This document shows positions 1 through 13,158 of a stretch of 64,000 nucleotides of DNA, one piece after another. The notes beneath the pieces were generated by a model. It saw only the letters and a program-made list of their open reading frames with translations. It ran no database searches and was not told the origin of the DNA. The translations under genes and the position numbers were made by a program. Source of the stretch: Vicugna vicugna (Eukaryota); assembly GCA_013265495.1 (NCBI GenBank), contig MU057597.1, forward strand, positions 210,563-274,562, read 5' to 3'. Position 1 is the first letter of the stretch. Each line of letters opens with the position of its first letter.

Positions 1-3000
1 CAGGGGTTTTTTGACTGGAAACTAGTCCAAAAGTCAGTGTCCTTCAGCTTTTGCTGTGTATCATCTGGTTAGGAGTACCTGATAAAGGATCCTTCCATTC
101 AGGTTGGAGATAATTCTTTTAGTCATGCCGTTTCCAATATGTATAATCCCCTGGTTGCAGGTGATGGGGCATTGGACCTTCATCCAAGGAAGGATTACTG
201 AGCTTCAGAGACAAACCTAGAGTGTCCGTTTAATAATTCAATTAACTTTGCAGCAATGTAACATAACAGTAAGGAATGATTTGGGAAGTGTCTTAGTAAA
301 TATAGGCCTCAATTAACAAAACTAGAATTTAATATCCACTAAAATATAATCTTTTTCTCTCTAAAGTTACCCTCATTTTTTATCAAATATAGCCAAATCA
401 AGACTAATTTGTTTACAAGTTAAGTCTGATTATTTGATCATGTAGTCTCTTTTAAATTGGCTGTGTTGGAACTTTTAATAAGGAGTCTCAGGCTAGAATT
501 TTAATAAAGTTTCCTAAGGCCAGGAAAACCACGTCAAGGGCTTGTCATAGACTTTTGCCTTACAGATTTAGGTAAATTGTTTTCTTTTTAAGGTCCTTAA
601 AATACCTTGAGATTCCTATACCTGTTAGGAGATGATCTTTTTTTTTTTTTTTTTGAGATGATCTTCTTAATTTATCTGATAGAGCCACTGGGGACCTAAG
701 AGTTTGCAGTCTCTGGAGGGATCAGATAGAAAAGGTAACTGTTCCAAGTCTGCTTACATAGGTATAATTCATCAAATTGCTGTGAATCATAACTAGCTTA
801 AGGAGAAGTGTTTCTTTATGTCTGGGAAACAGATTAAAAGCCAGTAATATTTCAGACAAAATCAAAAATTATAACCATATTCATCAGTTTACTCAGTCCC
901 ATGCAACTAATCTTTTTGTTAACAGTTTTATGAAATCAGAGTTTTCATCAGACCTTTAAAATTTCTTACCCAGTTTAGTTCAGTGCTATAGTTTGAAATT
1001 TATTAGAAACTAGTAAATCTTGAAGAGAAAGCATTTTGCAAAATCATCAGAATAAAACAAAAACTGCTTATAAATGACAAAAGATTATAAAGAATGGTTA
1101 AACACCGTTATACTGTAATCAATAAAGAAACCTGGTCACAGTAACCAGAATTATGACTGGTAACATCTTAGATATACCAGAATTTTAGGGATTCATATAA
1201 TTTCTAGAATATCTATATTAATAATATTTTCTCATACAATATAACCTAGGAAGATTTATTCATTTGACATACTTCCCATGTTATTTAACATACCAAGTGA
1301 AACTTACTAGTTTAAAATCTCTCTTTGGGATGTTTCAGGGGTCCCTCTGTATCACCCCAAAGTTAACTGGAGGTCAAAAGAACTTTAATCAGAATTTGAT
1401 ATTTGGGAAACTTGTTAAAAGGTTTCAAAACACTTGGTAAAATAAAAGTATAGATCACTGTGAAAGAGTACCTACTCATTAACAAGAAAATATTTCAAAG
1501 GTAAATGTAGAACAGATCACTTAAGGGGTATAAGAAGCTTTACAATCTGTTACTGAAGGCGGATTAACATTTTAAGAAAACTTTGTCCTCTTAACAGAGA
1601 GAAAACTAAATCTAGTCTTGTACCAGCTTACTTCTAAGATTCATTTACTTTGACCAAATTTATTCTAAACTTAGCCAGTCCTGACCATGTACAAAACTGT
1701 TTTCTCAGGGTTCCTCTGCCACAAGCCTTCCACAGCTTTCTATACTCATGTTATTTTGTCCCTTATCTTCTCTTTCATTCAGAAGTAACCAGCTTCAGGA
1801 CAAAGTTACTATTTTCCATTAACAAAATATAACTCCATTCCTTATATCTTCCTTTACACATTCATCTTACTTTCCTAGGATACTGAGGTGTTTACCTTAA
1901 CAGTAGAGAATAGTTCAGGGTGGCACCAACCATTTATTAATATTTCTAAACACCTTTAGTTTCTCTGTAAGAGGAAGTCAAATGTTAATTAATTAATATT
2001 TTAATCTTATTTTATCTGAAAATGGCATAGCTATTTAATAAACTCCCATCATTTAACTCATCACAACTCTAGAATTTAAAGATACCAAATATTTACAGAG
2101 ATTATCTTAAGCATACATTTTAAAAAATATATTTTTAAAGAATTTACCTAAAAGCTCTCATCTCATTTGCATTTAACTTACTTAGCATTTTATCACAACA
2201 CATTACTTTTTTTTTTTTTTGACAAATCTGCAACAGATATAACAGGACCTTATTTGACTTTCATTAAACCTAGGTAGAGTAAAGGTATTATACTTAATAT
2301 TGATGACTCTAAAGATGTATATATTAATTAGAACAAACTTAAACTAAACTTAATACCAAGTATTAACTTAAAATTGAATGTTTTCCAGTTCACATGAACA
2401 TGAAAGTCAACTTGGTCAGTTTTTATTTTAGAAATATTTAATTTGTAAGCTATAATTTTTAAGTCAATTAAGCAGAGCTCTTTGATTTTGATTTTTTTTT
2501 AGCAGTAGAAATATATCTATAATGTCTATACAGACTTGTAAACAGACAAAAGCTAGAGATCTCATAGCTTCACTTTAAAATTTACTTATGAGTTAGGTAT
2601 AACAATATAAATTTATTGCTTATAAATGACAGTTGGAGGAAACTGAATTTGTTTGCTCAAATCACTAAGGCTTACTATATATGAAAAAGACATTTAAGAT
2701 TTCTATTTGTCCTTGGCAAAGTCTGAAGGACCTGTCAGATTTCTGAGTTTTAAAATGCCAAAAATTTTTTTGGCCTTAAGTTTTATCTCATTGAGCTAAT
2801 TAGGCTCCGTCCTAGGTCACTGTTTGCTGTATTTACATTTCCGATCTGCAAGACAAAGACAGACACTTCCAGTTGCCCAGAGAACTGGTCTGTCACCTAG
2901 ATCCAATTGTATCTTCTTAATTTGCTTTTGTGTATCAGTGAGAAGAGCTCTAAACAAAGAATTCCATGTTTTAAAACTGTAATGTTTACTTTATCATGTC

Positions 3001-4934
3001 TTCAAAAGCTTGCATACGGCACTTACTAAGGTCTTTTTTCCTTGAGTTATAAGTTAAACCTAGGGTAAATCTCTTAGTATTATTTTTTTATTAGCCCCTG
3101 AGTATTAGTTTTTAGTTTTACCTTATATTGGATGGCCCAGGTAATTCTATTGGTTTCTTTTAGTTTGTTTAATTAAATTTTTTTGAGGGACAGATATGTG
3201 CCCAGCCTTATAATACCAAGAAGAGGAAGCATTTTTCCACTGAAACATATTTATCCCACAACATAATTAAGCAAAAGATGTTTATATAAAGCCCATTTAA
3301 ATATACCAATTTTACAAACTTTTATCTAAATTTTATTAACACTTATACCTTTAATTTTTATATTTATTAGGTTTAATCAATAAGTCTTAATTCTGAAAGG
3401 AGTGCCAGAAGACTTTTCTTTTATTCCTTGTCCATTTTATCTAATTTTATATAAAAGTCTCTGGGATCCCCAAGTTTGAGCCAAAGGACGTAGGCCCTTG
3501 TCAGTTTTTAATTTGATTAATTGGTCTGTTGCCCCAATCATTGGTCAAGTATCTCAGTATATATATATATTTCTTCCAGACCTATGAATATATACATTTT
3601 AAACTGGGGTAAATAAAGCTGACTTGTTTGAACTTTAATGTTGGGGACCAGTAGGTGATCCCTTTGGCCTTTATTTTTTTATTTTTATTTTTTACACTTT
3701 ACGTAGTATAGTATCAAAACCTTGTATCTTAATCCAAAAATGTCCACTTTATTTATTCCATTCAAAATAACCATCTAAAAATATTTTCCATTTGGTGTAA
3801 GTTCCTTATTTTTTTCTTGTCAAGAAAAAAAATCTTTTGACATTTTTTACATTCCTTTTTCCAGTTACTCAACCTAAATAACACTAATTATTCTAACGTT
3901 TTTGTTAGCATCTCTCAAACCCATTGAGGGGAAAGGGAAAACACAAATGTAGCTTTCCAAACCGTTTTTTTTTTTTTTTTTTTTTTTTGCTCTCTCAACT
4001 TTCATCGATTTAGAAGTTTCTCCAAATTAAAGGATACAACATACAGCCATCAATTATGTATATGTATGTGTATATGTAAATGTGTATGTATATGTCTGTA
4101 TATATATATATGAAGTGATTTTAAACCAATAAGAGGAAGAGGCTTTTCCACATGAGTGGGGGGTATCATCTAAATAAAATTCAAAAGTTTACTCCACAAA
4201 AAGTAAAGGCCTTTGTGGTCCAGGGCGATGCAACAAAGGTTAAGATGGCAAAATGCCTGATAATTGGTACAATCAAAGGATTGTTGAGAATCCCAATTTA
4301 TTTGCTTGGCCGCCATATCTACACAATACTTGTGCCTTTTGAATGGCAGATTCCAAGTTTTCTTTTAAAAAAATGGAAACACATAAATGCTTACATACAC
4401 ATACATAAAACGCCCAGAGAAAGATAAAATATTTACATTTCAAGGACACAGGAAGAGAAATCCAAGTTTCCCCTAAAGGGGAATTTGTTTTTATAAGGTC
4501 AGAGTTCCAAAAAATGTTTTTATTAGGCCTGGCTAGTTATTTTCAGGGTGAAATTTTTTAAATTCCCAATTAAAATTGTAAGTTTTGTACATAAATAGAC
4601 CTGACTGGGGTATTAGTTGGAGGCTGGCAATCACTCATTCTTCTTTTGTTTTGAAAGTTCTATTCCCCATTCTAAGGTCGGATTGTCAGAACAAAATCGC
4701 TAGTAGGTTTTCCCACAGGGACAACTGCACGATATGAGGTCTTTGCCTCAATCACTCCTGCAAGTTTCTCATTGACCTGAGAAAGCTGTTGTCAGCCAGG
4801 AGGAGGGTCCCATTTTTGGAGTTGAAAAGTTCCTCATAAGATTTTTACTTTTATCCCGACAAATTTAATGGAGGTAGCCAAACTGAGGAAAGCGTTAGAC
4901 CAGCCTCTTACTTAACCACTCAGTCCAGAGCCCA

Positions 4935-5166
4935 GTATCTTTCAACCAGGCCCCACCCGGATGTCTCCACTGAGTGGGTATTTCCCTGGTATCTTTCAAC
5001 CAGCCCCACCTAGGACGCCTCCTCAAGGTGGGTATTTTCGTGGTGTCTTTCAACCAGCGCCCCCCCAGGATGTCTCATCTATGTGGGTATTTCCTGGTAT
5101 ATTTCAACCAGGCCCCACCCAGCATGTCTCCACAGGGTGGGTGTTTCCCCCCAGTATCTTTCAACT
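4935..5166. repeat. Tandem repeat of about 54 bp, about 4.3 copies, in the ERV leader
   Basis: A GTATCTTTCAAC-like core recurs at 4935, 4989, 5043, 5097 and 5154. Confidence 0.85.
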
Positions 5167-5361
5167 GGAGGGCCAGGTACCTGGATACACTGCCAAATAA
5201 AACTCAGGATCATCAACCAATATGGGAGACCTGAGAACCAGGAGAGACTCACCAAATTTGTTTGGACTCCGCGAGGAGGTGCATGGGCACAAAGGGCCAA
5301 TGCTGGTACCAAGGTTGCAGTTCCTTGGAGAGTTCAGGTGAAGGAGAGACATCTGCTCTGG

Positions 5362-5379
5362 GTCCCTTCATGGTCGCCA
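5362..5379 (-). promoter_or_regulatory. Primer-binding site, tRNA-Arg-like
   Basis: The minus strand reads TGGCGACCATGAAGGGAC just after the LTR end. This is one CpG-type change from the Arg PBS TGGCGACCACGAAGGGAC. Confidence 0.75.
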
Positions 5380-5384
5380 AAACC

Positions 5385-5848
5385 ATTGACTGAAATAAAT
5401 GCACAGCCTAAAAGTTGAGTTATGTTTTATTTGGCAGGAGGACTCGAGCCAGGATGACAGCTCCTCAGATGGCTCTGAGGGACTGCTCCGAAAGGCAGGG
5501 GAGGAGCTAGGATATAAAGGAGCTTTACAACAAAGACCAGGTAGTTGGAACAATAGATTACTAGTTATCAAAAGAAAACCAGGCATCTTGAGTTCAAGAA
5601 TTTGAACTTTTCTATGTATGGGAGGAAGCAAACTTTTGGCCTCATTGAATTCATTCCTTTGACAAGCATCTAACTATCTAGGTTCATTATTTTGTCCTTT
5701 ATCATTGTGACTCCACTCAGAGAGAACCATTGAGAGCGGCTGCAGATGCTGGGCTGTAGGCCTGTCCTTACTGGGGGGTGGCAGCAGCCACTGATGCCTT
5801 GGTTTCAGCATTTCTTGTTTACTGATATGGTTGCAGTATTTTCATTCA
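5385..5848 (-). mobile_element. 5' LTR of the ERV1 element
   Basis: Starts TGAATGAAAA and has AATAAA near its 3' end, next to the PBS. Both ends resemble the solo LTR at 52652-53278. Confidence 0.8.
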
Positions 5849-6154
5849 AACTTTCTATTCCTAATTCAGCCAGGAGGCCACCTCAACTGGCCTCAGTCCT
5901 GGGAGTAGTTATGAAATACTGTTTAGGTGAATTGCCCAAGATGTTTTTCCATATGTTTCTTGAAAATTAATGTGTGGAGGTGTTTGTTGGGTTATAAATA
6001 GGAATCATAAGATTTCAGAAGAATCAGTTTGAAAGGCCAGAAGAAAATTCTCTATTTGAAGTTACAGTTGGAAGCATTATATCCAGATTTCTCAACGGAA
6101 GTTTAATTCCATTTTGTGGACACATTTTATTAGATAGATAGATAGATTGATTGA

Positions 6155-6745
6155 TTTTAACTGAAGTATAGTTGAATTACAGTATTATATTAGCTTCAGG
6201 TGCAGAGCATCGTGACAAACTATTTTATAGGCTTTAATTCATTAGAAGTTATTTCAAAGTAATTGCTGTGATTCCCTGTGATGTACAGTATGTTGCTGAA
6301 GATAATTGCTTAATTATGTTATATATAGTAGTTTGGATTTCTTAATCTTGTACTGTTATCTTACCCCTAGCCTCTTCCTTCTCTCCAGTGATAACCTCGA
6401 TTGTTTTCTATATCACTGGATATGTTTCAGTGTGGCGATATGCATTTATTGGCTTTAATTTCTACATTCCAAATGCAAGTGATATCATACTGCCTTTCTC
6501 TTTGATTTGTTCCACTAAGCATAATATCTTCTAGTTCCATGAATATATCTGTATTTCACTTCTTTATCCATCCATCTGTTGATGGGTACGTGGCTTGCTT
6601 CTACGTCTCGGCTACTGTAAATAGCCCTAGTAAGAATATTGGGTTGCGTGTATCTTTTCGAATGAGTGGTTTTTTCCACGTATATATCCAGGAGTGGAGT
6701 TGCAGGGACATATGGCAGTTCTATTTCCAGTCGTTTCAGAAACTT
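6155..6745 (-). mobile_element. LINE-1 3' fragment(s)
   Basis: The ORF2 C-terminal motif KRLEIELPYVPATPLLDIY is followed by L1 3'UTR-like sequence. Confidence 0.75.
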
Positions 6746-7691
6746 CATTTTCAAAATCATGTATTTCATTATTTGCTTAAAGAGACTGCTTTGCACAATT
6801 TACATATTTAGCTTGGACTTCTTCACTTTACTTCAGTGGAAAACCTAGAGGATGTATAAACCAAGGGCTTGTCTTCAGATTTGTGTGGCATGGAAACTTA
6901 CATAGAGGAACAACAGGTGCAAAATTCGAGTTTTATAACCATATAGATACAAGATTCTCAGATTTTCAGCTTCAGTGAGAGTTGCAATGATACAACGTTC
7001 AAAATGGGGGAGCAAGAGACTTGTTGCTAAGGTGCAGGTGCATCACTAGGACTCTGGAAACAAAACGTGTTAATTGCACCTTAAAATGCATCTCTCCAGT
7101 TCCTCCCCATCATGCCATTGTGTCTACCGTCATGATTCCTTCCATCAACAGCACTATTACCTGAATTCAAAATGCAGATAATAGCCAGTGCTTCTTTGAT
7201 TGCATAACTTGCACACAGTAGGAGGCACCATTTTCATTTGTACAATATAGTGTGATTTAGTATGTTTGCAAGTTGTCTGACAACAATATTATCATCATAC
7301 ATCACTCTCTTAAAGAAAATGTTCAGCAGCAAGGCATTCATTGAATGAATTGATAAAATGACACAATAAATTACTATAGAGACATTATGTTACTTATATG
7401 TATTTAGTAAAAAGAGAAACTTGATTTTTGAACACCTGCCTACAGCCAACTTCCACAAAAGATTTCACATCACCATTTTGTGGTTCCAGTGCTTTGACTG
7501 AAGTGAAGCTCCAAGGTAAATCTTTCTTCACGTTTATAATGCACCTTCCTTCTACAAGTCATTTCCTTATGAGAATTATCATATCACAAGACACCCAAAA
7601 TAACTCACTGATTTATATACTTCCCTGTTGTAAAATAAAGGAAAAGCACAAGGAAGAGAAAAAAATGCTAAGAAAAATTTTACAAACATAT

Positions 7692-7697
7692 TTTATT
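7692..7697 (-). terminator. Candidate poly(A) signal of gene A
   Basis: A minus-strand AATAAA is kept at the homologous position in B (28147-28152) and D (55906-55911). Confidence 0.4.
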
Positions 7698-8637
7698 GCA
7701 ATAGAAAATTAACCACGTAACATATCGTCTGATCCACTAATTTGAAATTCAAACTTTAACAGACTTTTGATAATTGCTCCTCTAGTACACTGCTTAGTTA
7801 TATTATCTACAAAACATGCCCAGACACCAATTCTTAGCAACCTAGTGTAAAAGTCTTACATGATGCATCTAAGGAAGATTTTTCTCAAGCATTTGAAACA
7901 ACTGTATTGAACAATGGGATGTTTCTCTGCTTAGAAGGATTACACCTCACTGCAACCTCTTCCTGCTTGGCCTGAGTGATGAAGGTGACAAAAGAGTCTG
8001 AGGGCTTCCTCTTTGGAGCAACTTTAACCAACTGGAACTTCAAACCCTAAGTGGGTATGCTCCCCTAAGCCCCCACCTAGCAATCACATTAACACACCAA
8101 GAAACTCACCATTCCTTGTTTCTTCATATCATTTTTATAACAACTAGAAACTCTTCCCTGTCCCCTGAGAAATCTGAATTATACAACATTCTCATAACAC
8201 TTGAATGTTAATATCACTCTGAATGACCAAACCAACTTTTGGCTGGAGGTCCGTCCTAGCCCAGTGAATGGCCACAAAAGCAAATCAGCAACAACAAAGA
8301 ATATTTTTGCACAATATATGAAATTCCTAGTTTATCTATCAAACAAACATGCTCCCACTGTACAAGGTTCATTTTTCAGAAACCTGAGGAATATTGTTCT
8401 TTTCTAATTATTGTACTGAGTTGGCCAAGAGCAAAAGTGAACTTGTAGAATTTTTTAAATTTCTACTATTTTTCATATGCTTACTACATTCCTATTTTCC
8501 CTGCAAGTAAATGAAGGTGGAAGTCATGACACTGATTTGGCTGGACAAAAAACCCCAGGAGAAATATATTCATATACTGAATAGGAAGAAATATTCATAT
8601 GCTGAATATTCAGGACTAAGGAGCAGCTTTTAGGGAG

Positions 8638-9000
8638 TGTTTAAAAAACAAACGAAAATAGTCCCAAGGTGGAGTCACCCACAAGACAGCAAAGCAAGAC
8701 TTAACTGTAGTTTCACCCCTCAAAGAAACGCGATGGTAAACCAACCACTGTCAAGTGTCCTGAACGCCACTGAGGTAACCTACAAGGTAAGATTTCTGTC
8801 CTTCCCCTAAACAAGGTAGCCTTGCCTGAGAGAACCTTTCCCTTTACCAATAACTTTCTACCCCACCCAGTTTATGCCTGAAAAGGCTTTCCATAGTGTA
8901 CAGCTCCTTGGAGCACCTCTTTATGTAGAATAACAAATCATTCAATAAAACCAACTAGATATTTCAGTGTACTCTCTTCAATTTTTGCACATTTTTGCAC
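8638..9000 (+). mobile_element. Old solo LTR in the 3' region (copy in B at about 29044-29415)
   Basis: Starts TGTT, has AATAAA near the end and ends CA. No homologous stretch was recognised in D. Confidence 0.5.
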
Positions 9001-10608
9001 ATTAGTCAGAGTCTGAAATAAACTGCTCTGCCACTCAGGTTCTTTTGATTAATTTTTCCTCTTGCAGGAACTGCTCTCCCTTAAATTCCAAAGGTAAGAG
9101 GAACTTTTCACTAAACATACATATCTACAACACGCGATGGAGAAAGTGACCAGCTTCCCCGAGCTTTGTTCCCACCACATAACCGGTCACGCTCCTCCTG
9201 TGAAAGAGCCAGTCCCGGGATGCCCTGCTGCTCTGCAGGGTGGGGGAGCTTTCTGCGCTGTAGCCCGCTGCGGCCTGTCTACAGAAGGGCACCATGAACA
9301 CGTGTCTGCTGAGTCAAGTCACAATTTTACATTAGTCTCTGTCTCTGTGTTCCGCATAGTTGATCTTCAGATACAAGCCTTAGTACACACACTGGTTACT
9401 GAGGTCTCTCTCCAAACTGTATATTCTTAAGTCTAGTGGACTGTGAGACTGCATACATTTTCTACCATACGTTACCATGGCTGTTCTTCAACATGGACTT
9501 CCTCCTGTTGCCTAAGAAACGGAACTCAAGCTAAAGGCTTAGCCACACCATTACATTTGTAAGGTATCACGCCAGTATGTCCACCAACTTGTGATCTTTG
9601 ATTGAATTTCTTACCACACTCTTGTGTGGTCTCTCCAGGATAAATATTCTAACATCTAGTGATGAGTGAGGAGTATTATGAAAGTGCTATTTCCATTGCA
9701 TTTTTAAGTAAGATGTGTTTGGTGAAGCCCCTGCTCTAAGGCATGACCCGAAAGCTTTGCTACATTCAGAACATTTCTAACGTTCTGTCCAGTATGGACT
9801 ACCTGGTGACTGCTGAGAGGTGAGCCCCAAATAAGGATTTTCCCATTCAGGTCCTCTGTGATCTCCAGAATGCCTTCTCTGCTGAAGGAATCTCCTGTCT
9901 ACAGGCCTGGTTACACTAAACCCATGTATCTGATTGCCCTCCAGGACGGCTGTTTAATGAAGCTTAAGATGTGCACACCTGCTAAAGCCCTTACTTAACG
10001 TTCCTCACCAATAGGGATTATCTGGCTCTAAGTTAGGCTTCAAACTATAATGAAGGATTTGCCGCACACATATTTGCAACCGTCCTGTCTAGTAGGAATT
10101 CATGGAGGATCTTTTTTAATTGAAGCATAGTTTATTTACAATATTGTCAGTTGACTCATGTATGAATTTTGACTGAAGACACTGAGACATTCATTGCATT
10201 TCTCTGATTTCTGTCAACTATGGTTATCTGACAGTAAGTGAGTCTTTTCCACATTCATAGCACATCCATCATTTCTCCCAATGAATCTCCTATGAATATA
10301 AATTGTCACATTTGAATGATGACCTTCCCACATATATCATATTGATATGGTTTCCCCTGTGTATCTACTCCCTGAGGCGTAGTGAGGGTTGAGATGTGAG
10401 GAAAGGCTTTTCAATACTCATTAGTTTTGAAAGGTTCCTCCTGACTATGAATTCTCCGATGCCTTGCAAGGTGTCATTATCAACCAAAGCCTTTCCCACA
10501 TACATGACATTTATATGAGTTTTCTTGTGACTGCATTAGTTGATGTTCTGTGAGATGTGAGGCCTGATGTAAGGTTTTGAAACCTTTGTTATGTTGATAA
10601 GGTCTCTG

Positions 10609-12269
10609 TCAAGAATGAGTTCTCTGATGAGTGTTAAGCTTCCTTTTTGTGCTAAAAACCTTACGGCACCAATTACATTTGTAAGGATTCTCTTCAGTAT
10701 GAATTCTCTGATGTTTTACAAGCTCTCCTTTGCAATGAAAAGCATTGCCACACTCATTACATTTATAAGGTCTCTGTCCAGAATGAATTCTCTGATGAGT
10801 GTTCAAGTTTGTTTTTGTACTAAAAACCTTGCTGCACTCATTACATTTGAAAGGTTTCTCTCCAGTATGAATTCTCTGATGGTATGTAAGCACTACTTTG
10901 TGACGAAAGGCCCTGCCACACTCATTACATTTATAAGGTCTCTGTCCAGAATGAATTCTCTGATGAGTGTTCAAGTTTGTTTTTGTACTAAAAACCTTGC
11001 TGCACTCATTACATTTGAAAGGTTTCTCTCCAGTATGAATTCTCTGATGGTTCGTAAGCCCTCCTTTGCGATGAAAAGCCCTGCCACACTCATTACATTT
11101 ATAAGGTCTCTCTTCAGTATGAATTCCGTGATGACTTTTGAGGGTTGATTTACAGCTGAATTCCTTGCCACACTCACTACATTGATAAGGCTTCTCTCCA
11201 GTATGAATTCTCTGATGGCTTTTAAGGGTTTTTTTATAAGGAAAGACCTTGCCACATTCAGCACATTTGAAAGGTCTCTCTCCAGTATGAGTTCTCTGAT
11301 GAAGTGCAAGCGATGCATTTTGAGTAAAGCCTTTTCCACAGACGTCACATTTATATGGTCTTTCTCCTGAATGGATGACTTGATGTTGTCTGAGATGTGA
11401 TCTCTCACAAAAGCCCTTGCCACACCCACTGCATTTGTAAGGTCTCTCTCCAGAATGAATCCTGTCATGCTTGGCCAGATTTCCGACGTGAGTAAAGCCC
11501 TTGCCACACTCATTACACCTGTAAGGTTTCTCTCCAGTATGAATTCTCTTGTGACTCCCAAGTGCTTGTTTATGATTGAAGACCCTGCCACACAAATTAC
11601 ACTTGTAAGACCTGTCACAACTAGGAGTTCTCTGATGTCTTGCAAGTTTTGAATGAAAACAAAAAACTTCCCCACATACATCAGATTTATCTAATATCTC
11701 CCTTGGAGGGATGCTCTGGTGTGTACTGAGGTAGGATCCTTGGAGAAGAGCTTTGCCACTCTGAGTACTTTTGTACAGTCTTTCGCTGTGTGTCTTCAGG
11801 TCTCGTGTCAGTACTAAAGGATGCATAAAATCACTCCCATCTATTTCAGAAATGTTGGTTTGGACACTACTAGAAGTTCCTGGAAGTGGTGAAAATGAGG
11901 CACTACTGTTGCCTCTCTTGTCAGCTTCATTAAATAAATCAATTTTCTCTTCACTTTTAAAAATATGCAGTTCATTCTGAAAGCTTAATGCAAGTCTGTT
12001 TCCCCTGGGCTTGGTTCCTGCACCACTTGTGCCATGTTGGTCTCTCTCATCATGCACATTTCCACTACCGTTTACAGACGTTCCTTTGTCATTTCTTTCC
12101 TCATCTCTCTGTTGAGAGTCACTGTCATATGCATTTTCCTGGATGCTCCTGGGGTCACAATGTTTTCTTTCAGTCCTTTCATGTCTTTCTGTCATCGCTG
12201 TTTGGAATAATTCTCTATTGATGTTTGCCTTTAATTGTAATTTCTTGATTACATGTACATGAGACATAT
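10609..12269 (-). CDS. KZFP gene A, last coding exon: linker plus 12 canonical C2H2 fingers
   Basis: 552-aa ORF with CxxC..HxxxH repeats and TGEKPY linkers. The acceptor tttatag|AT at 12269 is in phase 1, matching the KRAB exon. Confidence 0.95.
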
Positions 12270-12989
12270 CTATAAAGAACCATAAGTATTCAATTCATTA
12301 TAACTCATTAATAAATGTTTCACGTTAAATACAGGATAGTACACTAAAACTAGTACTAATACCAAACAGAGTTATGAATCTCCCCAGCATGATCTTATCA
12401 ATGTTAGGACACACAAAGCAATAAAATTATTTACTAAAAGTGAACTGGTCACAGGTAATTCTAATAATTTTATGACAGCCTAATTTCAAACAACCTATGA
12501 CAAAAGGACACAAATGAAACAAAATTCTGTAACCTATCAAAGAAAGTATTTTCAATTATAACTCCAAAGTACGTGCAAACTAACAGAAGATATTGCTGTT
12601 TCATAATTGAGGATGAAACAATTATGCTAAACAGATTTTGTATACTTCCTGGAAAGGAAGAAGTGCTAAGGAACAGAAAATAGCTGTGAAAGCACATAAT
12701 TGAAATCTACAATATGTACATAATACCTGAAATTTGTGGCGGTTTAAAATAGGGAAACAAATTCAGTAGAGAAAAAGTTAAGAATTTCACAAACGAATTA
12801 AAAATAAAAATTTTTTTCAAAATACTTCCTAAGAAAAAATACACCCATAAGTTGGGGAGATGAAATATTTCCCTCAAGAGTTTTCAATAAAAATAAACTT
12901 CTGTTTGCCCAACAAACTCTCCACAGTGAGAAGAGGATCCCAAACACTATTAATGCTGTGGCTTCCTCTCTGCCCTTCTGAGAGCTGAC

Positions 12990-13158
12990 CTGTGTTCACA
13001 TTTCTCAAACATTCTGACTGATTGGAGTGCTTTTGCTTCTGTTTGATCTTTTATTTATTTATTTATTTTTACTATTTTAATGTCTCTTCTCATAGTTTAG
13101 GGCTCTTTTCTATTATCCCAAAAAGTGGAGAATATAATCAGATAAGAAACAGAAAGTC
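12990..13158 (-). pseudogene. Fossil KRAB-B-type exon in gene A
   Basis: A KEP* remnant and the ...VNT|gtcagc donor remain. The acceptor reads caa instead of cag, and there are indels. Confidence 0.65.

Larger units (their letters stand above)
1..5384 (-). mobile_element. Internal region of a non-autonomous class I (ERV1, MER4-group-like) endogenous retrovirus; runs off the window start
   Basis: Lies downstream of an LTR and PBS. It is a long AT-rich non-coding leader. The minus strand at about 5-240 translates, with frameshifts, as an integrase C-terminal remnant (HHLQPGDYTYWKRH..LQPEWKDP/YQVLLT). Confidence 0.8.

Noticed and set aside
4935..5166. CRISPR-like repeat-spacer appearance
   Set aside because: Whole units are homologous with no unique spacers, the context is a eukaryotic ERV and there are no cas genes.
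10591..11681. Antisense ORF 10591-11148 and alternative-frame ORF 10971-11681 (also 31791-32513 and 58469-58849)
   Set aside because: Shadow ORFs produced by the repetitive codon pattern of C2H2 arrays.
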